A stretch of 64,000 nucleotides of DNA from an uncultured Candidatus Rokubacteria bacterium (GCA_963747235.1 CAVVEU010000017.1:94127-158126), one strand, 5' to 3'. Positions 21,949-32,198 are shown, numbered from the stretch's first letter. A program made the numbers and translations. Notes: a model not told the origin generated them from the letters alone.

Positions 21949-22467
21949 ATGGCCTTCACGCATCTGCTCGTGCCGACGGATTTTTCAGAGCCCGCGAACA
22001 ATGCCCTGCGCTATGCGATCGAGGAAGCGGGGCTCCACCATGCCAAGCTGACGCTCCTCCACGTGCTCCCGGCGGATACGCAGACGGACGTCCACTACGT
22101 CACCGGGGCGCCCGCTCCGGGGCCACAGGGCGGCTTCGATGTACTCGCGGGCGGGCGCGTCGGCGGCTCGGCTTCCGTGTCGCCACCCGAGATCGTCCGC
22201 CGTGACCGGAGCGCGGAAGCGCAGACGCAGCTCCGCGACCTCGTCGCGAATGCCTTCCAGGGCCGGTGGGACGTCGAGGTCGCCATGGGGCACCCGGCCG
22301 ACACCATCGTCCGCGTCGCCCAGGAGCGGGGCGCGGATCTCATCGTCATGAGCACCCATGGCCGCACCGGGCTCCAGCACGTGCTCCTGGGCAGCGTGGC
22401 CGAGAAAGTGGTGCGCCTGGCTCCGTGCCCGGTCCTGACGATCAAGCAGCGGGCCGCGCCGGGCTAG
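21949..22467 (+). CDS. Universal stress protein
   Basis: LVPTDFS, ADLIVMSTHGRTG..LLGSVAEKVVRLAPCPVLT. Confidence 0.92.
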   Translation: MAFTHLLVPTDFSEPANNALRYAIEEAGLHHAKLTLLHVLPADTQTDVHYVTGAPAPGPQGGFDVLAGGRVGGSASVSPPEIVRRDRSAEAQTQLRDLVANAFQGRWDVEVAMGHPADTIVRVAQERGADLIVMSTHGRTGLQHVLLGSVAEKVVRLAPCPVLTIKQRAAPG

Positions 22468-22486
22468 GGAGTACCCTGGCCATCGA

Positions 22487-22846
22487 ATGAAGCTCCTGGT
22501 CGCGATCGTCCTGACGGCGACCCTCGTGCTGCTCTCGGGTGGGCCCGGCGCCGCCCAGGAGCTTCGCCTCACCTTCGAGCGTCAGCCCGACGAGCCCACG
22601 TCCCTCGTCCTCGCGGGGACGCTGTCCAACGAGAGCTCTCGTGACGTGGTCGATGTGTGGGTGGGCGCGGAGGCGTTGAACGCCCGCGGACGCGTCGTCG
22701 GCCGGGGACTCGCCTTCGTCAGCCCGCTGCTCCGCGGCCGTGCGGCCACGAAGTTCACCGTCAAGCTGCCGCGGGTGGAGCAGGTCCAGAGCTTCCGGGT
22801 GTTCGTCTCGTCGTTTCGATACTTCGCCGGGGAGGAATCGCCCTAG
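22487..22846 (+). CDS. Secreted Ig-like (FxLYD-like) protein
   Basis: Signal peptide ending AAQ; LAGTLSN..V.V.AEALNARGRVVG. Confidence 0.6.
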   Translation: MKLLVAIVLTATLVLLSGGPGAAQELRLTFERQPDEPTSLVLAGTLSNESSRDVVDVWVGAEALNARGRVVGRGLAFVSPLLRGRAATKFTVKLPRVEQVQSFRVFVSSFRYFAGEESP

Positions 22847-23121
22847 CGGGCCATCGAAACGCGGCGCGCCTGGTCGACCAGCTCGCGCGCCTCCGGGGCC
22901 ATGTACACGGCCTCGCTCCCCAGATCGCCCAGGGCCCGCGCGAGGGCACGGAGACGATCCGCCAGCGGCGCGCGCAGGTCGATCAGCACCAGGTGCGCGC
23001 CCCGCACGACGCAGAGCCCGCCGCCCAGCACCGCGGGCGTCTCGAAGGGCTCCGAGCGGACCTCGACGCCGAGCCGCTGCGCGGCCTGGACCAGCTCGTC
23101 GAGGAGCTGCTGGGCGTCCAC
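22843..23121 (-). CDS. Conserved hypothetical protein
   Basis: MDAQQLLDELVQAAQRLGVEVRSE..GGGLCVVRG..LIDLRAP; plausible codon usage. Confidence 0.65.
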   Translation of the reverse strand: MDAQQLLDELVQAAQRLGVEVRSEPFETPAVLGGGLCVVRGAHLVLIDLRAPLADRLRALARALGDLGSEAVYMAPEARELVDQARRVSMAR

Positions 23122-23163
23122 CAGGTGCGATGGTACCCGACAACGGCGACATCGTCCTGCTCG

Positions 23164-23191
23164 TTGACAACTCTCCGTCCGGTCCGATACT
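23164..23191 (+). promoter_or_regulatory. sigma70-type promoter
   Basis: TTGACA-16 nt-GATACT upstream of the AAGGAGG RBS. Confidence 0.5.
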
Positions 23192-23215
23192 AATCGATCA
23201 CAAGGAGGCCACGAC

Positions 23216-23467
23216 ATGCCGCTCTATCTCGACGTGCACAACAAGATCGACGGGCTGACCACCGCCGGTATCGCGGACGCCCACCGCAAGGATCTGGAGT
23301 GCCAGCACAAGCACGGGGTCAACTACTTGAAGTACTGGTTCGACGAGGGGACCGGCAAGGTCTTCTGCCTCGTCCAGGCACCCAGCAAGGAGGCCGCCGA
23401 GGCCGTCCACCGGGAGGCGCACGGCGCCATCGCCGACGAGATCATCGAGGTGAAGGAAGGGAGCTAG
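23216..23467 (+). CDS. DUF4242 / SCO4226-like nickel-binding protein
   Basis: YLDVH, AHRKDL, YWFDE..GKVFCLVQAP..AVHREAHG. Confidence 0.85.
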   Translation: MPLYLDVHNKIDGLTTAGIADAHRKDLECQHKHGVNYLKYWFDEGTGKVFCLVQAPSKEAAEAVHREAHGAIADEIIEVKEGS

Positions 23468-26400
23468 CGAGCGCCGCCGCCAGCGGCTGCATGCCCAGCG
23501 CCGTCGCGAGCGTGAGCCCCTCGCGATAGTACTCGTTGGCCTGCTCGAGATCCGGCGCGGGGCCGCTCGCCGCGATCTGGCCGAGGAGGCGCAGGGCGTG
23601 GGCCTCGTGGCCCCGCTCGCCAAGCCGCCTGGCCAGCTCCAGCGCGCGGACCCCGACGCGCCGCGCGGCACTTCCATCGCCCGCCAGCACGTACGTCTCG
23701 CCGAGCCACACGAGCCGGAGCGCGTGGTTCGCCGCCCACTCCATGTCCTCGGCCCGCTGGACGGCGTCCTCCAGCAGCCGGAGCCCCTCCTCGGTCCGCC
23801 CGGTGAGCGCGTACGCCCGGCCGAGCGGGGCGGCGATGAGCGGGAACAGGAACGGGATGTCGGCCAGCCGGGCGATCACGAGTCCTCGCTCCAGCGGCCC
23901 GATCGCGTCCTCATGGTTCCCGCCGAGATTGCGCAGCATGCCGGTTCCCGCGTGGGCTATGACGAGGCTGTACGCGTGATCCTGCGCCTCGGCGATGGCC
24001 GTCGCCTCCTCCGCGAGCGCGACGGCCTCCTGCGCGTTCCCGCACTCGGCGGCGCAGAACGCCAGCCAGACGCGGGACAGGACCGCGGGCAGGCCGGCCA
24101 TCTCGAACCGCTGGCGCTCGAGGTCGCCTTCGAGCAGCGTCACGGTGCGGGTGAGCGCCTCGGTCGCCTTCGGGTAGTCGCCGAGTGAGTGGTAGATCTG
24201 CCCGAGGCGGTAGGTGGCGATGATCGTCCACCCGAAGTTCGCGAAGCTGGCGGCGAACGTACGCTCGCGGAGGGCCAGCATCAGGGCGCGGTCGTACTCT
24301 CCACGGAACCACAGGTGACCGGCACTCTCCGCACCGCCCATGAAGGCGTCGATGCTCGGCTTGGATCCGGACGAGCCCAGCTCACGGAGATAGTGCAGGG
24401 CCTTCTCCCACATCTCGCCTCGGAAGGCGTGGTGGGCGAGGCGGTCGGCGTGCTCGCTCAGCCGATCCGCATAGACGCGCTCGATGGCGCCGACGATCTG
24501 GGCGTGGAGCGCGCGGCGCCGGTCGTGCAGCAGGCTGCCGTAGGCCACCTCGTGGGTGAGCGCGTGCTTGAAGGTGTACTCGAGATCGGGGAAGAGCTTC
24601 GCCTCGTAGACGAACTCGGCCGCCTGCAGGCGGGCCAGGCCGGCCCGCAGGTCGTCCTCGGCGTGCTCGGCGGTCTCGAGCAGCAGGGTCCACGGCAGAT
24701 CCTTGCCGATGACCGACGCGACCTGGAGGAGGCGCTTGTCGTCGGCCGGCAGGCGGTCGATGCGCGCGGCCAGGATCGCCTGGACGGTCGCCGGGATCTG
24801 GCTCGCGCCGGGATCCTTGCCGAGCCGGTACGCGCCGCGCTCCCCGACGAGGACCTCCAGCTCGACGAGGGCCCGGACGCTCTCCTCGAGAAAGAGCGGG
24901 TTGCCCTCCGTGCGCTCGATGAGCAGCCGCCGGATCGACTGCAGCGCCGGATGGTCGCCCAGCAACGTCTCCAGGAGCGCGGCGGCGGTGTCGGGCGGAA
25001 GGGAATCGATCCGGAGCTGCCGGTAGTAGCTCTTGTTGCCCCAGGGCTGCTGGTACTCCGGCCGGTAGTTCACCGCGAGCAGGATGGACGTGGTCGGCAG
25101 GCTCTCCACGAGGGCGTCGAGCAGCCCCTGGGTCTCGGCGTCGATCCAGTGGAGATCCTCGAAGACGAGGAGCAGAGGCTGCGCGCGGCTCTCACGGAGC
25201 AGCACGCGCTTGACGGCCTCGAGGGTCCGGGTGCGGCGCGTGGCCGCGTCGAGCCCCATGAACTCGTGGTCCTTCGGGAGCGCGTCGAGCACCCACAGGA
25301 GCGGCGGCAGGCTGTCCTTCAGTCCCTCGTCGAGGGTGAGGACGTTGCCGGTTACCTTGGCGCGTACCGCACGGATGTCGTCATGCTCCGCGATCTTGAA
25401 GTAGCTCCTGAGCAGGTCGACCGTCGGCAGGTACGGCGTCGCCTTGCCGTACGACACCGAGCTCGACTCGAGCACGAGCCAGCCCTCGGTCCGATGGGAG
25501 TGGAAGAACTCGTAGAACAGGCGCGATTTGCCGACCCCGGGCTCCCCCAGCACCGCCACGATCTGGCCCCGGCCGCCGCGGGCCTGCTCGAGCGCCTGGC
25601 GGAGCTGCTCGACCTCCGCGTCGCGCCCGACGAAGCGGGTGAGTCCCCGCGCCATCGAGGCCTGCAGCCGCGTGCGGGCCGTGCCGGTGCCCACGATCTC
25701 GTAGACGGGCACGGGCTCGGCCAGGCCCTTGATCGGCGTGGGCCCGAGCGCCTTCACCTGGACGAACCCCTCGGCTCCCCGCAGGGTGGTGTCGGAGATG
25801 AGGGTGGTGCCCGGCCGGGCGAGCTGCTCCATCCGGGCGGCCAGGTGCGTCGTCTGGCCGACCGCCGTGTAGTCCATGTGGAGGTCGCTGCCGATCGAGC
25901 GCACCACGACATCACCGGAGTTGCAGCCGACCCGGATCTGGACATCGACCCCGTGCCGCTTGCGGATGTCCTCGGCGTAGTGGGCTACCGCGTTCTGCAT
26001 CCGCAGCGCGGCATAGCACGCCCGCGTCGCGTGGTCCTCGTGCGCCAGCGGCGCCCCGAAGAGCGCCATGATCCCGTCGCCCATGACCTGATTGACGGTG
26101 CCCTCGTAGCGGTGGACGGCCTCCATCATCAGCTTGAGGACCGGATCGATGATCTTCCGCGCTTCTTCCGGATCCCGGTCCGCGAGCAGCTCCATCGAGC
26201 CCTTCAGGTCCGCGAAGAGCACGGTGACCTGCTTGCGCTCGCCCTCCAGCGCGCTCTTCGAGGTGAGGATCTTCTCCGCGAGGTGCCGGGGAATGTACGT
26301 CTCGGGCGGGGCCGACCGCTCCGCGGCCGTGAACGTGGCCACGGCCTGGCCGCACTGCAGACAGAACCGGGCGTTGCCGGGCAGCTCCGCGCCACACCCC

Positions 26401-26486
26401 ACGCAGGCCTGCGCCAGGCGGCTGCCGCACCCGAGACAGAACCGAGCGTGGGCTGGGTTGTCCTGCTGGCATCGGGGACACTTCAT
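23442..26486 (-). CDS. Double zinc ribbon + class III adenylate/guanylate cyclase + AAA ATPase + TPR protein
   Basis: Four CxxC; VLFADLKGS, GDGIMALFGAP, GEPGVGKSRL, FEDLHW, GNPLF, FKHAL. Confidence 0.92.
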   Translation of the reverse strand: MKCPRCQQDNPAHARFCLGCGSRLAQACVGCGAELPGNARFCLQCGQAVATFTAAERSAPPETYIPRHLAEKILTSKSALEGERKQVTVLFADLKGSMELLADRDPEEARKIIDPVLKLMMEAVHRYEGTVNQVMGDGIMALFGAPLAHEDHATRACYAALRMQNAVAHYAEDIRKRHGVDVQIRVGCNSGDVVVRSIGSDLHMDYTAVGQTTHLAARMEQLARPGTTLISDTTLRGAEGFVQVKALGPTPIKGLAEPVPVYEIVGTGTARTRLQASMARGLTRFVGRDAEVEQLRQALEQARGGRGQIVAVLGEPGVGKSRLFYEFFHSHRTEGWLVLESSSVSYGKATPYLPTVDLLRSYFKIAEHDDIRAVRAKVTGNVLTLDEGLKDSLPPLLWVLDALPKDHEFMGLDAATRRTRTLEAVKRVLLRESRAQPLLLVFEDLHWIDAETQGLLDALVESLPTTSILLAVNYRPEYQQPWGNKSYYRQLRIDSLPPDTAAALLETLLGDHPALQSIRRLLIERTEGNPLFLEESVRALVELEVLVGERGAYRLGKDPGASQIPATVQAILAARIDRLPADDKRLLQVASVIGKDLPWTLLLETAEHAEDDLRAGLARLQAAEFVYEAKLFPDLEYTFKHALTHEVAYGSLLHDRRRALHAQIVGAIERVYADRLSEHADRLAHHAFRGEMWEKALHYLRELGSSGSKPSIDAFMGGAESAGHLWFRGEYDRALMLALRERTFAASFANFGWTIIATYRLGQIYHSLGDYPKATEALTRTVTLLEGDLERQRFEMAGLPAVLSRVWLAFCAAECGNAQEAVALAEEATAIAEAQDHAYSLVIAHAGTGMLRNLGGNHEDAIGPLERGLVIARLADIPFLFPLIAAPLGRAYALTGRTEEGLRLLEDAVQRAEDMEWAANHALRLVWLGETYVLAGDGSAARRVGVRALELARRLGERGHEAHALRLLGQIAASGPAPDLEQANEYYREGLTLATALGMQPLAAALASSLPSPR

Positions 26487-26548
26487 GCAGGGATCCTAGC
26501 ATCGGATCGCGCGCGAAGCCCTGGCGCCGGGAGGAGGCCGCTTCGCCG

Positions 26549-26680
26549 TCAGGCCCTTCTCACCGGCTGGGGCACCCTGGCGGGCGCACTCGTCACCCAG
26601 GGCCTGCCATGGGTCTTCGCGACGAACCATGCCCCCTCGTGGAAGGTGTAGTAGCGCCCGCCGTACGCGAAGAAGTTCAT
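26549..26680 (-). pseudogene. Short aromatic-rich ORF, probable fragment of a secreted protein gene
   Basis: MNFFAYGGRYYTFHEGAWFVAKTHGRPWVTSAPARVPQPVRRA*; no signal peptide. Confidence 0.4.
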
Positions 26681-26785
26681 GCCGGCGCCCGGCGCAGAGG
26701 GATGTCGCATGAGGAGAGCCTCCTGGCGCTAGTGAGTGCATAGGGCCGGACTAGCAATGCGGCGACACCTGGTCCTAGAATCAAC

Positions 26786-27928
26786 GTGATGAGCGGTGGC
26801 GTCCGCTTCGACCGAGTGGACCAGCTGCGCGGCATCGCGGCCCTCGCGGTCGTCATCTGCCACGCGAGCGTCTCGGCATACGACACCGCGCCCAATCTCG
26901 ACGGCGGGCCGTGGCCCTGGCTGGCCTTCACGCTCGGATTCGGCTATCTCGGCGTGCCGCTCTTCTTCGTGATCAGCGGCTTCTGCATTCACCTGCCATA
27001 CGCGCGGGCCCTCGCGTCGGGCGAGCCCGTCCCGGCACCCGCGTGGCGGCGCTTCTTCGCGCGCCGATTCTGGCGTCTCTACCCGCCCTATCTCGCGGCC
27101 ATGGGATTCGCCCTGGTGCTCCTGTCGCTGGTGAACGCGCGGCCGCCGGTCTCGTGGCTGACGCTCGCGGCCCAGGCCTTCCTCGTCCACACGTTCCACC
27201 CGGCGAGCTTCGACGGCATCAACCCGCCGGCCTGGACGCTGGCCGTGGAGGCCCAGCTCTATCTCGCCTATCCCGTGGTCTTCTGGCTCATGGCCCGGCG
27301 CGGCGCCGTCCGCGCGCTCGCCGCCGTCCTCGGCGTGACGATGCTCTACCGCCTCGGCGTCACGGTGGTGCCGCTGGCGGCCTTCGGCGGCCTCGCGTGG
27401 GAATTCTTCCTCGCGCGCTGGTTCGAGTGGGTGCTGGGCGCGGTGATCGCGGAGTGGGCGGTGGGGCGGCTCACGCTGCCCCGCGTGGTCTTCCGGCCCG
27501 AGACGGCGGCCCTCGCCCTCGGCCTCGCCGTGCTGTTCGAGTGGCAGACGTGGCGCTACGGGCTCTACTCACTCAAGGAGCCGCTCTACGGCATCGCCTT
27601 CGCGCTGCTCCTGTGCGTCGCCCTGCACCGCGAGCGCGGTGGCCGCGCGTCGGCCGTCGGCCGCTCCCTGGCCGCGCTCGGCGTCTGCTCCTACAGCCTC
27701 TACCTGCTGCACCGGCCCATCCAGCTCGCCGTCGAGCCGCTCGCCCGGGACGTGGCGACGTGGCCCCTCGTCCTCGCGTACGGCATTCCCTCGAGCCTGC
27801 TCATCATGAGCGCGACGATGCCGATCGTGCTCGGGGCCGCGTGGCTGTTCTATCGCTACTGCGAAGCCCCGTGCGTGGTCCGGGCGCAGCGCGCGGGACA
27901 CGCCGAGGTGAGCAGCCCGGCTGCGTGA
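26786..27928 (+). CDS. Acyltransferase 3 (OafA-like)
   Basis: DQLRGIA..VICH, GVPLFFVISGF, RRFWRLYPPY, WTLAVEAQLY, SYSLYLLH. Confidence 0.92.
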   Translation: MMSGGVRFDRVDQLRGIAALAVVICHASVSAYDTAPNLDGGPWPWLAFTLGFGYLGVPLFFVISGFCIHLPYARALASGEPVPAPAWRRFFARRFWRLYPPYLAAMGFALVLLSLVNARPPVSWLTLAAQAFLVHTFHPASFDGINPPAWTLAVEAQLYLAYPVVFWLMARRGAVRALAAVLGVTMLYRLGVTVVPLAAFGGLAWEFFLARWFEWVLGAVIAEWAVGRLTLPRVVFRPETAALALGLAVLFEWQTWRYGLYSLKEPLYGIAFALLLCVALHRERGGRASAVGRSLAALGVCSYSLYLLHRPIQLAVEPLARDVATWPLVLAYGIPSSLLIMSATMPIVLGAAWLFYRYCEAPCVVRAQRAGHAEVSSPAA

Positions 27929-27970
27929 CCTGGACGCGGTGCGAAGGCTTATGGCAGACTCGGCCCCGCC

Positions 27971-29932
27971 ATGAAAGCCCTCGACCCCGACCGCCCGCGC
28001 CTCCCGTCCCGAGCTCGACGTGCACCTCACCGAGAACGTGATGGTCCCCATGCGCGACGGCGTCCGCATGGCGACCGACATCTACCGCCCGGCCCGCGAC
28101 GGCCGGCCGCTCGGCCGACCGCCGCCCCGTCCTCCTGCACCGCACGCCCTACAACAAGATCGAGACCGAGGCCACCTCCGGCCAGTGCCGCTACTTCGCC
28201 GCGCGCGGCTACGTGGTGGTGAACCAGGACTGCCGCGGCTGCTTCGGCTCCGAGGGCGACGTGAACTTCCTGATCCCCGAGGCCGAGGACGGCGCCGACA
28301 CCATCGCCTGGATCCGCACGCAGGAGTGGTGCGACGGCACGGTGGGCACCTTCGGGACTTCGTGGTCCGGCTGGACGCAGACCGCCCTGGCCGCGCTCGG
28401 GCCCGAGGGCCTCGCCACCATGGTGGCGAACATGAGCGGCGCCGACGCCCACGAGAGCAGCGTCCGCCACGGCGGCGCGCTCGAGCTGCGCTTCCTCGCC
28501 TGGGCCTTCTGGCACTCGGCCTACAACACCCAGGCCGCCCTGACCGCGCCGCCCCACGTGCAGGCCGCGCTCAACCAGGGCGCCCCGCGCTTCTCCGACT
28601 GGCTCGAGCGCATGCCCATCCGCCCCGGCCAGACCCAGCTCGCCCTCGTGCCGCCCTACGAGAAGTGGGCGCTCGAGATCCTCACCCGCGCCGACTACGA
28701 CGACTACTGGAAGCACCCGAGCGTGGACTTCCGCGCGCGCACTGGGACCGCTTCCCCGACATGCCGATCCTCCTGGTGGGCGGCTGGTACGACTCCTACA
28801 CGCGCGCCACCTTCCAGAACTTCGTCGGCCTGGGCGCCGGCGGGCGGCGGCCGGTGCGCGCCCTGATGGGCCCGTGGACCCACGGCGGCGAAGACCATGG
28901 AGCTCTCCTACGCCGGCGACGTGGAGTTCGGCCAGCGACGCCGCGCTGCCGAGCTTCGACGAGCTGCACCTGCGCTGGTACGACCGGTGGCTGCGCGGCG
29001 TGGACAACGGCCTCGACGCGGAGGCGCCGCTGCGCATCTTCGTGATGGGCGGCGGCTCGGGCCGGCGCTCGGGCGCGGGCCGGCTCGTGCACGGCGGCCG
29101 CTGGCGCGACGAGCACGAGTGGCCGCTGGCCCGCACGCGGTTCACCGACTTCTACCTGCACGGCGACGGGTCGCTCGACACGGAGCCGCCGCGCGAGGAG
29201 CGCTCCGCCACCACCTACCGGTTCGACCCGGCCCGCCCCGTGCCGTCCATCGGCGGCAACGTGTCGTCGCTGCGCGACGTGCTGCCGCTGCCCGCCGGCC
29301 TCGCGGACCCGAGCTACGCCGGCCGCGGCGAGCGCACGGTCGACATCATGCGCCCGGGCGGCTTCGACCAGCGCGAGGCGCCCGGCTTCCACGGCTGCCG
29401 CCCGCCCTACCTGCCGCTGGGCTCGCGGCCCGACGTGCTGGTGTTCCAGACCGAGCCCCTGCGCGAGCCCACCGAGGTGACCGGCCCCATCGAGGTCGTC
29501 CTGTGGGTGGCCACCTCCGCGGTGGACACCGACTTCACCGCCAAGCTGATCGACGTCTACCCGCCGAGCGCGTGGTACCCGCAGGGCTATGCGCTGAACC
29601 TGACCGACAGCATCGCGCGGCTCCGCTACCGCAACGGCCGCGAGCGGGGCGAGCTGGTCACGCCGGGCGAGCCCGTGCAGGTGACGCTCACGCTCTATCC
29701 GACGAGCAACCTGTTCATGCCGGGGCACCGGATCCGCCTCGACGTGTCGAGCTCGAACTTCCCGCGGTTCGACGTGAATCCGAACACGGGGGAGGCGATC
29801 GGGCGGGAGCGGCGGCGGGTGGTGGCGGACAACACCGTGTTCCACGAGCGCGGGCGGGAGTCGCGGGTGGTGCTGCCGATCATCCCGATCGGGTCCACCT
29901 CGACAAGTGGCTTATCTCGCAGTAATCTATAG
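27971..29932 (+). CDS. CocE/NonD family hydrolase (several frameshifts)
   Basis: MRDGVRMATDIY, RTPY, QDCRG, GTSW, GGWYD, MGPWTH, DVSSSNFPRF. Confidence 0.9.
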
Positions 29933-29972
29933 CGGTTCGAGCCGATTCGATGCCCGCCAGGAGGACGCCTCG

Positions 29973-30155
29973 ATGGCAGTCAGCCCTAGAATGTTGGCCC
30001 TGATCAAGAAGATCGAAGCCGCCGACGCAGAGCATTTCGCCCGTCTCCGCAAGAGCGCGAAGCAAGACAAGGAAGCCAAGACACTCGCCAAGACGAGGGC
30101 CACAGCCCGCTCCGCCGAAGCACGCATCGTCGCCAAGCAGCGGAAAGCTTCGTGA
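29973..30155 (+). CDS. Small basic Lys/Ala-rich protein (60 aa)
   Basis: GGAGGA RBS; MAVSPRMLALIKKIEAADAEHF..KQRKAS. Confidence 0.55.
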   Translation: MAVSPRMLALIKKIEAADAEHFARLRKSAKQDKEAKTLAKTRATARSAEARIVAKQRKAS

Positions 30156-30175
30156 CCAGGAGCTACCTCCTCACC

Positions 30176-30352
30176 TCATCCCTTACGTCTTGACCCGCCC
30201 CGGGCTTTGTCAGGCCGCGTTCGAGTCTTCTGGCTGGCCCGCTGAGAGGGATCCGCTGCCGCTTTCGCCTTGAGTAGATCGGAAACAACATCGTCAAAGG
30301 CCAGGCGGTATAGAGGCGGAGCCGTGCTGTGTCGGACGGTGGGTGTCTTCAC
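30176..30352 (-). CDS. Possible small basic protein (58 aa)
   Basis: Manual translation MKTPTVRHSTAPPLYRLAFDDVVSDLLKAKAAADP..RRKG*; below the ORF-track cutoff. Confidence 0.3.
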   Translation of the reverse strand: MKTPTVRHSTAPPLYRLAFDDVVSDLLKAKAAADPSQRASQKTRTRPDKARGGSRRKG

Positions 30353-30412
30353 GTGTCCAGTCTACACGGCTTCTCGGCCCATCCACCTGACCCACCGGCA
30401 AGGGAGGAAGCC

Positions 30413-31351
30413 ATGAAGTTCGGGATCCACATCGGGCACATGGGTGGGCCACTCGGCGAGATGCGCAAGCTGTGGCAGTTCGCCGACGCCAAGGGCTTCG
30501 ACTGGTTCTCGGTATCCGACCACTTTCAGGAATCGCCGCCCCGCGGTGGGGACATGCACTGCTACGAGGCGATCGCGACCCTGACCGCGGCCGCCATGGA
30601 CACGCAGCGCATCCGGCTGGGCAGCGGCGTCTACTGCGTCGCGTACCGCAATCCCGGGCTGCTCGCCAAGTCGCTCACCACCATCGACCATCTGTCGAAC
30701 GGCCGCGTCGACTGCGGGCTCGGCGCGGGCTGGCACGACGTCGAGGCGAAGGCCTACGGCTTCCCGTTTCCGTCCATCGGCCCCCGCGAGGACATGCTCG
30801 AGGAGTACGCCCAGATCATGCGCCTCCTCCTGGATCCGGAGCAGCCGCGCGCGAACTTCGAGGGGAAGCACTTCCGGGTGGTGGACGCCCCGAACAATCC
30901 CAAGCCGCTGCAGCCCCGCATTCCCATCTGGATCGGCGGCCGCGGCGAGAAGCGCACGCTCCGGGCGGCCGCGAAGTACGCCGACGGCTGGAACGGGGCC
31001 TACATCGGCCCGGACGACTGGAAGCACAAGAGCCAGGTGCTCGACCAGTGGTGCGAGAAGGAGGGGCGCGACCCGAAGACGATCATGCGCACCGTGAATC
31101 TCGGCTTCTATCTCGGGGCCGACGCGAAGGGCGCGGCGCGGGCCGACGAGGTGTTCCGCGGGCACTGGGGCGACAGCCCCGACCGCGCCGACCGCACCGG
31201 CTACCTGCGGGGCACGGTGGCGGAGGCGCGGGGCATGGTGGACGAGTTCCGCGCGCTCGGCTGCACGCGGCTCAGCATCGCGCTCCGCGAAGGGCCCTAC
31301 GACTGGGAGGCGCTCGAGGCGTTCGCCGCCGAGATCGTGCGCTCGACCTAA
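30413..31351 (+). CDS. LLM-class, putative F420-dependent oxidoreductase
   Basis: SVSDHF, YRNPGLLAK, GLGAGW, PIWIGGRGEKRTL. Confidence 0.88.
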   Translation: MKFGIHIGHMGGPLGEMRKLWQFADAKGFDWFSVSDHFQESPPRGGDMHCYEAIATLTAAAMDTQRIRLGSGVYCVAYRNPGLLAKSLTTIDHLSNGRVDCGLGAGWHDVEAKAYGFPFPSIGPREDMLEEYAQIMRLLLDPEQPRANFEGKHFRVVDAPNNPKPLQPRIPIWIGGRGEKRTLRAAAKYADGWNGAYIGPDDWKHKSQVLDQWCEKEGRDPKTIMRTVNLGFYLGADAKGAARADEVFRGHWGDSPDRADRTGYLRGTVAEARGMVDEFRALGCTRLSIALREGPYDWEALEAFAAEIVRST

Positions 31352-31386
31352 GCCCGAACCAAGCCCGAACCAAGGAGGATCGAGCC

Positions 31387-31542
31387 ATGAACATCAGCAT
31401 CGCTCACCTGCATGCCATCGTTGCGATCGTGTTTGGAATACTCATCTTCGCTGTTCCACGGCTGCTGAGCTACCTCGTGGCCATCTACTTGATTCTGACC
31501 GGCTTGATTGGCCTTGGCATCGGCCTGCACATGCCACGCTGA
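31387..31542 (+). CDS. DUF3096-like small membrane protein
   Basis: AIVFGILIFAVPRLLSYLVAIYLILTGLIGL; AGGAGG RBS. Confidence 0.8.
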   Translation: MNISIAHLHAIVAIVFGILIFAVPRLLSYLVAIYLILTGLIGLGIGLHMPR

Positions 31543-31553
31543 CGACCTATCGT

Positions 31554-31598
31554 TTCCCGGAGTCGCTCCTCCTGCGGGCGGATCCGGTCATCGAGTGA
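31554..31598 (+). pseudogene. 3'-terminal remnant of an ABC_sub_bind gene
   Basis: Encodes FPESLLLRADPVIE*, matching IPPSLLLRADQVIE* at the end of 55238..56258. Confidence 0.7.
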
Positions 31599-31667
31599 TA
31601 GGCTGCAGAGCACTCCGGAGCAGGTGCCGGGGGCCGAGGTAGGCGCGACCGAGACAGGAGGACAGCC

Positions 31668-32198
31668 ATGGAACTCATCAGCCGGATCCTGGACGGCTCG
31701 ATTTCCTACGATCCTGAAGGTCGCCTGGAACCCGTGTCCGCGGGCGTCGGGGCCAAGCAGGACGACAAGATTGAGCGGCTCAAGGAAGTGCCGCTCTTCG
31801 AGGCCTGCAGCCAGCGACAGCTCCGGAGTGTCGCCAAGATCGCCCGGGTCTTCGACGTCGCGGCCGGCACCGTCCTGACCCGTGCCGGCGAGCCCGGCGA
31901 CGAGTTCTTCCTGCTCCTTGATGGGACCGCGCGAGTCGTGGTGTCCGCGGAGAAGCACGTGCCCGTCCACCCCGGCGAGTTCTTCGGCGAGATGAGCTTG
32001 CTGGATGGGGGTCCGCGGTCTGCGACCGTCGTCGCGGATACACCGATCCGCCTCCTCGTCATCAGCCGCCGGCACTTCTCCGGGCTTCTCAAGGACGTGC
32101 CCGGGCTCACCCCAACCCTGCTGGTGACTCTCTCGAAGCGTGTCCGGCAGGCGGAGGAACGTGCGGAACGGCTCGGGTCCGCTTCGGCGGGACTCTGA
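31668..32198 (+). CDS. Cyclic nucleotide-binding domain protein
   Basis: VPLF, GEPGDEFF, PGEFFGEMSLLDGGPRSATV. Confidence 0.88.
   Translation: MELISRILDGSISYDPEGRLEPVSAGVGAKQDDKIERLKEVPLFEACSQRQLRSVAKIARVFDVAAGTVLTRAGEPGDEFFLLLDGTARVVVSAEKHVPVHPGEFFGEMSLLDGGPRSATVVADTPIRLLVISRRHFSGLLKDVPGLTPTLLVTLSKRVRQAEERAERLGSASAGL

Noticed and set aside
1104-30000. Programmed frameshifting or mass pseudogenisation
   Set aside because: Single-base indels are scattered across unrelated genes with no shared slippery motif; long-read error is the simpler explanation.
30205-30260. GTTCGAGTC resembling a tRNA T-loop
   Set aside because: No T-stem, acceptor stem or anticodon arm can be formed around it.
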